A DNA stretch of 63,078 nucleotides from an uncultured Rhodospirillaceae bacterium. GTDB lineage: Bacteria > Pseudomonadota > Alphaproteobacteria > MPNO01 > UBA2964. The notes beneath the pieces are model-generated. The model searched no databases and was not told the DNA's origin. It saw only the letters and a list, made by a program, of their open reading frames with translations. The stretch's first letter is position 1; the number at the start of each line of letters is the position of its first letter. Location of the stretch: assembly GCA_964492555.1 (NCBI GenBank), contig CAZBKQ010000005.1, positions 8,503 through 71,580 on the forward strand, in the 5' to 3' direction. The position numbers were made by a program, and so were the translations under genes. Shown here one piece after another: positions 1 through 8,380 of this stretch.

Positions 1-89
1 CGCTGCGCATCCTGGCCAGCCTGGCTATCTTGCCGCTGTCCGGCCTGATCGCCATCCCGGTGGTGGAGTGGCTGGGATTCGCGCCCTGA
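1..89 (+). CDS. 3' end of a gene truncated by the window edge; hydrophobic C-terminus, probable membrane protein
   Basis: Open frame in phase from nt 3 to TGA 87-89 (LRILASLAILPLSGLIAIPVVEWLGFAP*). Third codon positions are GC-rich. Absent from the ORF track because no start lies in the window. Confidence 0.4.
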   Translation, partial: LRILASLAILPLSGLIAIPVVEWLGFAP

Positions 90-103
90 GCCGGGGCGGG
101 CGG

Positions 104-138
104 CGAAAAAAACGCCCCGGACGAGCCGGGGCGTTTCA
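104..138. terminator. Intrinsic terminator hairpin between convergent genes
   Basis: Perfect 10-bp stem aacgccccgg (111-120) / ccggggcgtt (126-135) with a 5-nt loop. The A-run at 106-112 on the + strand gives a U-run for the minus-strand gene 157-1191. A short T-run follows on the + strand. Confidence 0.7.
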
Positions 139-156
139 GAAGCAAAAGCGGGAAAG

Positions 157-1191
157 CTACTTCTTTTTCTTTTTGCGCGGTTTGTCGAAGCCCAGCATTT
201 TCGCGAGTGTCTTATAGGCTTCGGGGCGCGAATTGAAAGTCTTGTCGATCGCCGCCTCGACCTGCTGATGGGTCTGCCAGCGTAGCGGCAGGAAGCGTGA
301 ATCGGCTTCCTTCCTGGTCGCCGGATCCTTCATGGTGTCCATGAAGCTCTTGCGGAGGGTCTCGAGCCGGGCCTTCGCGATGCCGGGCGGTGCGTAGAAA
401 GCCTGGCCGACATTGAAGCTGACTTCGAGAATATCCAGCATTTCCTTTTGCAGATCCGTCTTCAACGCATCCCGCAGGCGCGGCATGTCCTTGATATCGT
501 CACGTTCCGGTCCCATGCGGGCGAGGAAGGTGATTTTCTTGTCGCGGATCCATTCCGGACGAACACCCAGATAGCCCGCGTAGAAATTGCCGCGGCCCTG
601 GATTTCCCCCTTTTCGATGGCGAGATTGATGCGTCCGCCGCCTTTGTAACCGGTGATGATCTTGAACTTGGTCCCGATCGTCTTGTTCATGAAGGCGGGG
701 ATCAGATAGCTGGTGGACGATTTGCCGGTCGTCCCCATGATGACTTCCTGTTTGGTCGCGTCCTCAATGGTCTTGATCGGCGAGGTATGCCAGACACCAA
801 CCGTATAGGCGCGGCCCGACATGGAGCCCAGCCATTTCATCTCCCGCGTATCGAACCCGACATTGGGCCGCATCAGCGGAATGGCGATGGCACCCGGGTT
901 GATCATGGAAATCACCCCGCCATCCTTCGGCGCGGCGGTCACCATGTAACGTGCCGCCTTCGCGCCGCCGGCACCCGGCATGTTCTGGGTGATGACACTC
1001 GCCGTGCCGCCGCCGAGATGCTTGCCCATATGGCGTGACAGGATCTGGCAATAGAGGTGATAGGTGCCGCCGCTGCCCGATGGCACGACGATCCTGACGG
1101 TTTTGTCCTTGTAGAAATCATCCGCGATGACGGCACCCGGCAGCAATGCCGCGGCGCCGATAGCCAAAGCGGAAACGGCTATACGTTTCAT
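157..1191 (-). CDS. Tripartite tricarboxylate transporter (TTT) substrate-binding protein, Bug/TctC family; orphan, with no adjacent TctA/TctB
   Basis: 344 aa. Signal peptide MKRIAVSALAIGAAALLPGAVIA. The N-terminus DKTVRIVVPSGSGGTYHLY and the segment NMPGAGGAKAARY are typical of the family. Confidence 0.85.
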   Translation of the reverse strand: MKRIAVSALAIGAAALLPGAVIADDFYKDKTVRIVVPSGSGGTYHLYCQILSRHMGKHLGGGTASVITQNMPGAGGAKAARYMVTAAPKDGGVISMINPGAIAIPLMRPNVGFDTREMKWLGSMSGRAYTVGVWHTSPIKTIEDATKQEVIMGTTGKSSTSYLIPAFMNKTIGTKFKIITGYKGGGRINLAIEKGEIQGRGNFYAGYLGVRPEWIRDKKITFLARMGPERDDIKDMPRLRDALKTDLQKEMLDILEVSFNVGQAFYAPPGIAKARLETLRKSFMDTMKDPATRKEADSRFLPLRWQTHQQVEAAIDKTFNSRPEAYKTLAKMLGFDKPRKKKKK

Positions 1192-1356
1192 GTGAAAGTC
1201 CTCCCTTTTTTTGTGATAACGAAAGGCTGCCAGGGAGAAACTTCCCGGTCAACCATTTCCTTTTGCTGGCGCGTCACGTTGCGGCGGCATAAACAATATC
1301 TATGATGGGGCGGATGCGTGACATGCGCGCAATGGTCTGAGCAGGGATGAAGGAAA

Positions 1357-2886
1357 ATGGATAACGGTTCCGAGGGTTTCGATGCCGAATATGATGTGGT
1401 GGTGGTCGGGTTCGGCTTTGCCGGCGGCGTCTCGGCGATTGAGGCGCATGACGCCGGCGCGAAGGTGCTGGTGGTCGAAAAGATGCCCGATCCCGGTGGT
1501 ATCTCCATCTGTTCGCATGGCGCGATCTGTTCCACCCGCAATCCCGACGGGGCCTTTACCTATCTGAAGGCGACCAATGGCGGGCGCACCAATGACGCGG
1601 TTCTGCGCGCGCTGGCCGATGGGATGCAGGATAACGAGGCCCATGCCCGCAAGCTGGCCGAACTGACCGGCGGCGAATTCATGATCCGCGAACGCGGCGG
1701 CAATTACCCCTGGCCGGGCGAGGACAGTTTCTATTACACCCAGCTGGTCGATATCCCGAATTTCGATGCCTCACAGGTCTATCCGCAGGTAAAGGGCCGC
1801 CCCGGCGGGCCGATGGTGTTTTACATGCTGCAGCGCAATGTCGAGGATCGCGGCATTGATGTCTGGCTGAATTCACCGGCCAAGGACCTGATCACCGGCG
1901 CGGACAAGGAGGTCATCGGTCTGGTGGTGGAAACGCAGGACGGCATCAAGCGCGTCCGGGCGAAGAAGGGCGTCATCCTCGCCTCCGGCGGGTTCGAGAA
2001 TAACGAGGACATGAAAAAGCAGTTCTGGCAGATCATGCCGGTGACCACCGCGGCCAATGGCGGCAATACCGGTGACGGCATCCGCATGGCGCAGTCGCTC
2101 GGCGCCGATCTCTGGCATATGTGGCATTTCCACGGTTCCTACGGCTTCCTCCACCCGGACCGGGAAAAATATCCCTACGGCATCCGCGTCAAACGTTTTC
2201 CGGACTGGATCCCCGGCAAGGAAGTCCGCGCCGTGGTGCAGGCGCCCTGGATCATGCTGGATCAGGACGGCAAGCGTTTCATGAATGAATTCCCGCCTTA
2301 TGTGCAGGATACCGGCTGGCGCGATCTGGAGCATTACGACCCGGTGCGGCAATGTTTCCCGCGTATTCCGGCGCTGCTGATCTATGACGAGCTGGGCCGC
2401 CGGCGCTTCCCCATGGGCAACCCCGCCTATAACGAACGCGGCATGGATTATGTCTGGAGCCAGGACAATCTGAAGGAGATCGAGGAAGGCGTCATCAAGA
2501 AGGCCGATACGGTGGGTGAGCTGGCCGAGGCGTTCGGCTTCGACGGCGAGGCGGCGGAAGAATCGATGGCGCGCTGGAACGAGCTCTGCGCCACGAGGAA
2601 CGATACCGATTTCGGCCGCCCCGCCGGCACGATGATGAAAATCCAGCGTCCGCCTTACTATGGCGGTCTGGTCTGGCCGGTTCTGTCCAATACCCAGGGC
2701 GGGCCTGTCCATGATGAAAAGCAACGCATCATCGATGTGGAGGGCAAGCCGATCCCGCGCCTGTTCGCGGCGGGGGAGATGGGAAGCTCCTTCGGCTATC
2801 TCTATCTCGCCGGCGGCAATATCGCCGAATGTTTCGTGACCGGGCGCATCGCGGGGAAAGAGGCGGCGACACTGTCGAACGGCTGA
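1357..2886 (+). CDS. FAD-dependent oxidoreductase (FAD_binding_2 type; fumarate reductase / 3-ketosteroid dehydrogenase-like flavoprotein)
   Basis: 509 aa. Dinucleotide-binding motif DVVVVGFGFAGG at the N-terminus. C-terminal LFAAGEMG...GGNIAECFVTGRIAG is typical of this flavoprotein class. RBS GAAGGA precedes the ATG. Confidence 0.8.
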   Translation: MDNGSEGFDAEYDVVVVGFGFAGGVSAIEAHDAGAKVLVVEKMPDPGGISICSHGAICSTRNPDGAFTYLKATNGGRTNDAVLRALADGMQDNEAHARKLAELTGGEFMIRERGGNYPWPGEDSFYYTQLVDIPNFDASQVYPQVKGRPGGPMVFYMLQRNVEDRGIDVWLNSPAKDLITGADKEVIGLVVETQDGIKRVRAKKGVILASGGFENNEDMKKQFWQIMPVTTAANGGNTGDGIRMAQSLGADLWHMWHFHGSYGFLHPDREKYPYGIRVKRFPDWIPGKEVRAVVQAPWIMLDQDGKRFMNEFPPYVQDTGWRDLEHYDPVRQCFPRIPALLIYDELGRRRFPMGNPAYNERGMDYVWSQDNLKEIEEGVIKKADTVGELAEAFGFDGEAAEESMARWNELCATRNDTDFGRPAGTMMKIQRPPYYGGLVWPVLSNTQGGPVHDEKQRIIDVEGKPIPRLFAAGEMGSSFGYLYLAGGNIAECFVTGRIAGKEAATLSNG

Positions 2887-2976
2887 TACCCGCCGGGATT
2901 GCTCCATGTTAAGGCGGCGCGCATTGCGTGCCCGCTAATCTCTGCCCACGGGATTGCAAACACATGGAGAGTAGAA

Positions 2977-3456
2977 GTGTCCGACGCGGAAATGCGCGAA
3001 GTCGTCACCATCGACGGCAAGAACATCACCATCAAATCATCCGCAAAGCCGGTCGAAAATAACGGGCTTTCTGACGAAGGCGATGCGCTGCTGCGGGTCA
3101 ATGCCTTCGATCCCGCGCTGAAACCGGAGAATTATTCCAAGGCCGATGGCGCGCCGCTGCGCCTGTTTGACGCGACCGGGGTAAAGGTCGATGTGTCAAA
3201 GCGCAGCAAGGAGGATATGGGTTTCTGGCACCGCAATGTGGACGCGCATGAGATCATCTTCTGCGTGCGCGGCGCGCTCGGGTGGGAGACCGAACTCGGC
3301 ACCGTCACCCTGCATGAGGGAGAGATGATCCTGATCCCGCGCGGCATCACCCACCGGTCCTTCCTGGTCGATGAATCGGCGGAGGAAAACATCCTGCTGG
3401 AGCTGAAAATTTCCGGTGAGATCACCTATACCGGCCCCGACAGCGTGACGGGGTAG
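2977..3456 (+). CDS. Cupin-domain protein
   Basis: Cupin motifs FWHRNVDAHEIIFCVRGALG and GEMILIPRGITHRS. The track ORF starts at 2899, but the in-frame GTG at 2977 follows a GGAGAG RBS (2966-2971) and clears the upstream gene. Confidence 0.7.
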   Translation: MSDAEMREVVTIDGKNITIKSSAKPVENNGLSDEGDALLRVNAFDPALKPENYSKADGAPLRLFDATGVKVDVSKRSKEDMGFWHRNVDAHEIIFCVRGALGWETELGTVTLHEGEMILIPRGITHRSFLVDESAEENILLELKISGEITYTGPDSVTG

Positions 3457-3511
3457 GGGGGGCGATACGTCCCCTCCCGTTGCCAGTTTTTTCGCTTCCC
3501 TGTAGGTTCCG

Positions 3512-3530
3512 CCATACGGTTCCGTATTGA
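3512..3530. promoter_or_regulatory. Candidate TetR operator, copy 1 (ccATACGGttCCGTATtga)
   Basis: Perfect 6-bp inverted repeat ATACGG-TT-CCGTAT at 3514-3527, 31 nt upstream of the UbiD-1 ATG. The 19-nt block matches 5765-5783 at 17 of 19 positions. Confidence 0.5.
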
Positions 3531-3560
3531 GGGCCGGTGTAACAGGGAAGAGGCGCCAGA

Positions 3561-5207
3561 ATGGCGGAAGACAGGGGATATCCCGATTTTCAGGATCATC
3601 TGAAAACGCTGGAGGAGCGCGGGCTTCTGCAGACAATTTCCGAACCGGTCAACAAGGACACGGAAATGCATCCGCTGGTGCGCTGGCAGTTCCGGGGCGG
3701 CATCCCGGAACCGGACCGCAAGGCGTTCCTGTTCAACAACATCACCTGCTCGCGCGGCAAGGACTATCAGCTTCCCGTCGCGGTGGGCGCGTTGTCATCC
3801 AACCGCGAGATCTATTCCATCGGCATCGGCGCGCCGGTCGAGGAAATCGGCAAGGTGTGGTCGCACGCCATCGCCAACCCTGTGAAACCGCGCGAGGTCA
3901 CCGACGCGCCCTGCCAGGAAATGATTATCGAGGGCGGCGATCTGGAAGGCGAGGGCAAGGGGCTCGACTGGCTGCCCATTCCGATTTCCACGCCCGGCTT
4001 CGATTGCGCGCCCTATTTCACCGCGACCGGCTGTATCAGCAAGGACCCCGATACCGGCGTCCAGAACATGGGCACCTATCGCGCCGGGCTGAAATCCTCC
4101 ACCCGGATGGCGGTCCGCATGTCGGCGCGGTCCGGCGGGGCGGAAGGGCATCAGCACTGGAAGAAATACCGCGAACGCGGCGAGAAAATGCCGATGGCGA
4201 TCATTCTCGGCGGCCCGCCGGCGTTATGTTACTGCGCGCCGCAAAAGCTGCGCATGGGCGTTGATGAAATGGCGGTCGCGGGTGGTCTGGTCGGCGGGCC
4301 GATCAATGTGGTGAAGGGCCATACGGTCGATCTCATGATCCCGGCGGAGGCCGAGGTGGTGGTCGAGGGCTTCGTCGATCCCGACTATCTGGAGCCCGAG
4401 GCGCCGTTCGGCGAAAGCCACGGCCATATCGCGCTGGAGGATTACAACAACATTATGGAGATCACCGCGATCACCTATCGCAAGAACGCGGTGCTGGCCT
4501 CCATCATCAGCCAGGTGACGCCGTCTGAATCGAGCGTCATCAAGCGCGTCGCCTACGAACCCATCTGGCACGATCACCTGACCAACGGGCTCGGCATCAA
4601 GGGGTTGAAGCGGGTCTCCATGCATGAGCCGCTGACCAATATCCGCCGCGTGCTGTTCCTGGTGTTCGACCGGGGCGTGCCGACGACCGAAATCTGGCGC
4701 GCGCTCTATGGCGCCTCCACCGTCAACGCGGCGGTCGGCAAATATATCATCGCGGTGAATGAGGATATCGACCCCGATAATGGCGATGCGGTGTTCTGGG
4801 CGCTGGCCTATCGTTCGAACCCGGCGCTGGATGTGCAGATATTGCCCCATCGCGACAAGGGGCACGGGCCGAAAAGCGATATGCGTATGGGGCGCGAGGA
4901 CGCGACCATGCTGATTGATGCGACGCTGAAGTCCGACATGCCGCCGATTGCCTTGCCAAAGCGCGAATATATGGAAGCCGCGAAGGAGCTCTGGGAAAAG
5001 CTCGGCCTGCCGCCCTTGAAGCCGGAAAGCCCGTGGCATGGCTATTCGCTGGGCGACTGGAACAAGGAATGGGATGCCATGGCAAAACGCGCGGCCGATG
5101 GCGATTACATGGAAAATGGCCGCCGGTCGGCGCAATACCGCCGGTCCGATGTCGCGCCCAATACATCCGTCCGCGATGTGCCCGGCGGTCCGTTCGGGGA
5201 TGACTGA
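3561..5207 (+). CDS. UbiD-family (prenylated-FMN dependent) decarboxylase, long form (paralog 1)
   Basis: 548 aa. N-terminus INKDTEMHPLVRWQFRGG and metal/prFMN-region motif EPEAPFGESHGH. The C-terminal extension ...LPKREYME...PWHGYSLGDW... is shared with paralogs at 5871 and 22795. Confidence 0.88.
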   Translation: MAEDRGYPDFQDHLKTLEERGLLQTISEPVNKDTEMHPLVRWQFRGGIPEPDRKAFLFNNITCSRGKDYQLPVAVGALSSNREIYSIGIGAPVEEIGKVWSHAIANPVKPREVTDAPCQEMIIEGGDLEGEGKGLDWLPIPISTPGFDCAPYFTATGCISKDPDTGVQNMGTYRAGLKSSTRMAVRMSARSGGAEGHQHWKKYRERGEKMPMAIILGGPPALCYCAPQKLRMGVDEMAVAGGLVGGPINVVKGHTVDLMIPAEAEVVVEGFVDPDYLEPEAPFGESHGHIALEDYNNIMEITAITYRKNAVLASIISQVTPSESSVIKRVAYEPIWHDHLTNGLGIKGLKRVSMHEPLTNIRRVLFLVFDRGVPTTEIWRALYGASTVNAAVGKYIIAVNEDIDPDNGDAVFWALAYRSNPALDVQILPHRDKGHGPKSDMRMGREDATMLIDATLKSDMPPIALPKREYMEAAKELWEKLGLPPLKPESPWHGYSLGDWNKEWDAMAKRAADGDYMENGRRSAQYRRSDVAPNTSVRDVPGGPFGDD

Positions 5208-5210
5208 TCG

Positions 5211-5753
5211 ATGAGCCAGAGCCGGGAGGACTGGCTGGAGGCCGCCTGGTCGATGCTGGGCGAGGGCGGCGTCGAGGCGGTGCGGGTTGAAAAGCTCGCC
5301 GACAAGATGGGCGTCACCAAGGGCAGCTTCTACTGGCATTTCAAGAACCGGCGCGATCTGATCGACGGGTTGCTGGAACGCTGGTTCTCGATGCGCGAGG
5401 AGTTGCAGCCCGAATTCATGAAAACCTATCCGGAGCCGGAGGAACGTCTGTGGAAGGTGCTGGAACGGCTGATTACCAAGCGAAGCTCCAGCGGCCAGCC
5501 GACCGCGATCCGCCTGTGGGCGCAGAACCATCCCGAGGTCGGGGCGAAGATCGATGCGGCGGACGATCTGCGGCGGCAGATTTTTGTCGAGCAGTTCCGC
5601 GCGCTGGGTTTCGATGACGGCGAGGCCGAAGTACGCGCCGATCTTTATATGACGGCGATCAGCGCGGAGTTTCTTTATTGCGGCCGGTTGAATGAATCCG
5701 ACCGGCTGGCCAAGGCGCGGGAAAAGCACGACGTATTGGTGAAACGGGGCTGA
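5211..5753 (+). CDS. TetR/AcrR-family transcriptional regulator
   Basis: 180 aa. N-terminal HTH VRVEKLADKMGVTKGSFYWHFKNRRDL. The gene starts 4 nt after the UbiD-1 stop and sits between two UbiD paralogs. Confidence 0.88.
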   Translation: MSQSREDWLEAAWSMLGEGGVEAVRVEKLADKMGVTKGSFYWHFKNRRDLIDGLLERWFSMREELQPEFMKTYPEPEERLWKVLERLITKRSSSGQPTAIRLWAQNHPEVGAKIDAADDLRRQIFVEQFRALGFDDGEAEVRADLYMTAISAEFLYCGRLNESDRLAKAREKHDVLVKRG

Positions 5754-5764
5754 GCCCCAAAAAA

Positions 5765-5783
5765 CCATACGCTACCGTATTGA
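5765..5783. promoter_or_regulatory. Candidate TetR operator, copy 2 (ccATACGCtaCCGTATtga)
   Basis: Inverted repeat ATACGC-TA-CCGTAT (one arm mismatch) at 5767-5780. It lies in the 117-nt gap between the TetR gene and UbiD-2, 88 nt upstream of the ATG at 5871. Confidence 0.45.
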
Positions 5784-5870
5784 CTCATCGGGGTGCCGCT
5801 CATAGGGTGCGCCGCGCATGAAACGGGGCCCGGAAACCGGCCGGTCAGATCATAATTTGGGACGAGGAAA

Positions 5871-7616
5871 ATGGCGAAGAGCATTCGGGAACAAACCTTT
5901 GAAGATCGCGGTTATTACGACCTGCATGAACATATCGAGCGTCTGCGCGAAGCGGATTTGCTGTTCGAGGTCGATCGCGAGATCAACAAGGACACCGAAA
6001 TGCACCCGCTGGTGCGCTGGCAGTATCGCGGCGGGGTCGAGGAAGAAGACCGCAAGGCGTGGCTGTTCAATGATGTCACCGATTCCAAGGGCCGCAAATA
6101 CGATATCCCGGTGCTCGTCGGCGGGCTGGCGGCCAACCAGGCGGTGTACAAGCTCGGCATGGGCTGCGAGCTTGATCAGATCAAGGAAACCTGGATCAAG
6201 GCGCTTAACAATCCGATCGACCCGAACGAAGTACCGTTCGACGACGCGCCCTGCCACGATCTGGTCTATACCGGCGAGGATCTGCTGAATGGCTTCGGTG
6301 TCGATCAGATTCCGGTGCCGATTTCCTCGCCCGGCTGGGACAACGCGCCCTATTTCGCGGCCTCGCACTTCATTACCAAGGACCCCGAAACCGGCATCCA
6401 GAACATGGGCAATTACCGCGCCATGGTGAAAGCGCCGAACCGGGTGGGTTTCAACCCCTCGATCGAGCTGCGCACCGGCGGTTACATGCATTGGGAAGAG
6501 TGGAAGAAACGCGGCGAGCCGATGCCCTGCTGCATCGTGGTCGGCGCCCCGCCGGTTGTTTCCTTCACCGCCGTGCAGAAGGTTCCGGAAAAATACGACG
6601 AATTCCAGATTTCGGGCGGTCTCTGCGGCAAGCCGCTCAACGTCGTGAAGGCAAAAACCGTCGATATCATGGTCCCGGCCGAAGCCGAGCTGGTGATCGA
6701 GGGCTATATCTCCACCGATCTGCTGGAGCCGGAAGCGCCGTTCGGCGAATCCCACGGCCATGTGAATTTGCAGGAATATAACGGCTTCATGGATGTGACC
6801 GCGGTCACCCGCCGCAAGGACGCAGTGATGGTGTCCTGGGTCAGTCAGGTGACGCCGTCCGAATCGTCGGCGATCAAACGCCCGGCTTATGAGGCCGCCC
6901 AGATCGAGCATCTGCGCGATCATCTCGGCATCAAGGGCATCAAGCATGTCTGCACCCATGAACCGCTGACCAGCCTGCACAAGCTGATCATCGCCGTCGT
7001 CGACCGCGACATGCCGCGCACCGAAATCTGGCGCACGCTCTACGGTATTGCGTCCCTGCGCCGGGCCGAGGGTAAATGGGTCATCGCGGTGAATGAGGAT
7101 ATCGATCCGGATGATACGGATGCCGTGTTCTGGGCGATGTCGTACCGCTGTAAACCGCATCGCGATGTCGAAATCCTGAAGAACAAGGATGAAGGCCATG
7201 GGCCGCGTTCGCTGGAAGACAGCAACGATTCCGCTGTTCTGGTTGATGCGACGCTCAAGGAAACCTTTCCGCCGGTCTCCCTGCCGAAGCGCGAATATAT
7301 GGAACGCGCCGCGGTGATCTGGGATGAGCTCGGCCTGCAGAAGCTGCGGCCGAAACGTCCCTGGTACGGCTATGACATGGGCGAATGGAACGAAGACCTC
7401 GAAACCATGGCGCGCCGCGCGGTTGCCGGTGATTACTGGCAGACGGGTGAGGTGATCGCCCAGCGCCGCCGGTCCGATGTCAAGATGAACACCGAGGTCC
7501 GGACGCTTGGCGAAGGCACGCCGGGCGCCGGCGACCGGTCGAAAGATGCAGGAGAACTCACATGGGACGGTTTGAGGGACGCGTCGCACTCGTTACGGGT
7601 GCCGCCCAAGGAATAG
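5871..7616 (+). CDS. UbiD-family decarboxylase, long form (paralog 2), with an extra C-terminal tail of about 30 aa
   Basis: 581 aa. Collinear with the 3561 and 22795 proteins (INKDTEMHPLVRWQYRGG, EPEAPFGESHGHVNLQEYNG). RBS GAGGAA. The 3' end overlaps the next gene by 55 nt. Confidence 0.88.
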   Translation: MAKSIREQTFEDRGYYDLHEHIERLREADLLFEVDREINKDTEMHPLVRWQYRGGVEEEDRKAWLFNDVTDSKGRKYDIPVLVGGLAANQAVYKLGMGCELDQIKETWIKALNNPIDPNEVPFDDAPCHDLVYTGEDLLNGFGVDQIPVPISSPGWDNAPYFAASHFITKDPETGIQNMGNYRAMVKAPNRVGFNPSIELRTGGYMHWEEWKKRGEPMPCCIVVGAPPVVSFTAVQKVPEKYDEFQISGGLCGKPLNVVKAKTVDIMVPAEAELVIEGYISTDLLEPEAPFGESHGHVNLQEYNGFMDVTAVTRRKDAVMVSWVSQVTPSESSAIKRPAYEAAQIEHLRDHLGIKGIKHVCTHEPLTSLHKLIIAVVDRDMPRTEIWRTLYGIASLRRAEGKWVIAVNEDIDPDDTDAVFWAMSYRCKPHRDVEILKNKDEGHGPRSLEDSNDSAVLVDATLKETFPPVSLPKREYMERAAVIWDELGLQKLRPKRPWYGYDMGEWNEDLETMARRAVAGDYWQTGEVIAQRRRSDVKMNTEVRTLGEGTPGAGDRSKDAGELTWDGLRDASHSLRVPPKE

Positions 7617-8320
7617 GGGCCGCCTTCGCCAAGGGGCTGGCGGCGGAAGGCGCGAAAGTCGCGATTTCCGACCTCGACTCCGGCCAGACGGTTGTCGATA
7701 TCATCCGGCAGCAGGGCGGCGAGGCAATCGACGCGCCCTGCGATGTCTCGGATGAAGCCTCGGCCTTTGCCGCGGTGAAGCAGACGGTCGAGGCGTTCGG
7801 TCGGCTCGATATCCTGATCAATAACGCGGCGTTGTTTACTCAGATTCCGCGCGCCAGCTTTGATGAAATCACGGTCGAGGACTGGGACAAGGTGTGCGCC
7901 GTCAACATCCGGGGCTGTTGGCTTATGTGCAAGGCCGCCGTGCCCGAAATGCGCAAGAACGGTTACGGCAAGATCGTCAATATCTCGTCGGGGCGGGCGT
8001 TCAAGGGTTCGCCCGATTTCCTGCACTATGACGCCTCCAAGGCGGCGGTGCTGGGGATTACCCGGTCGCTCGCCAAGGAAGTCGGCGATGACGGCATTAA
8101 TGTCAACGCGCTGGCGCCGGGATCGACGGCGAGTGAAAACGTGCTGGCGCGTCAGACCGACAAGGGCGTGACGATGGAATCGACCATCGCGACCCGCGCG
8201 CTGAAACGCGTGGAAACGCCGGAAGACCTCGTCGGCGCCTGCCTGTTCCTGGCCTCCAATGACAGCGATTTCATGACCGGGCAGAGCCTGGTCGTCGATG
8301 GTGGCAGCGTGATGCACTAA
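7562..8320 (+). CDS. Short-chain dehydrogenase/reductase (SDR), paralog 1
   Basis: 252 aa. TGAAQGIG cofactor motif, NNAA, and catalytic YDASK. RBS AGGAGA lies 6 nt upstream of the ATG. Confidence 0.9.
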   Translation: MGRFEGRVALVTGAAQGIGAAFAKGLAAEGAKVAISDLDSGQTVVDIIRQQGGEAIDAPCDVSDEASAFAAVKQTVEAFGRLDILINNAALFTQIPRASFDEITVEDWDKVCAVNIRGCWLMCKAAVPEMRKNGYGKIVNISSGRAFKGSPDFLHYDASKAAVLGITRSLAKEVGDDGINVNALAPGSTASENVLARQTDKGVTMESTIATRALKRVETPEDLVGACLFLASNDSDFMTGQSLVVDGGSVMH

Positions 8321-8380
8321 CCCCGCCTTGACCGGCGGGGCGTTCGGGCCTTGAATCGTTCCCGGCAGGGAGCGCAGCCA

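Noticed and set aside
4224-5768. Very long antisense or alternative-frame ORFs throughout the track. Examples are 4224-5768(-), 5850-7589(-), 1873-2907(-), 22774-23877(-), 24958-25989(+), 26247-27455(+), 29087-30661(-), 32394-33674(-), 34228-35505(-), 38282-39178(+), 39300-40880(+), 41257-43440(-), 52333-53304(-) and 61241-62248(-).
   Set aside because: Each is fully nested opposite or out of frame to a gene with clear family motifs. Their products are Arg/Ala/Gly/Pro/His-rich and low in complexity, they lack RBSs, and this is the shadow-ORF pattern expected in GC-rich DNA.
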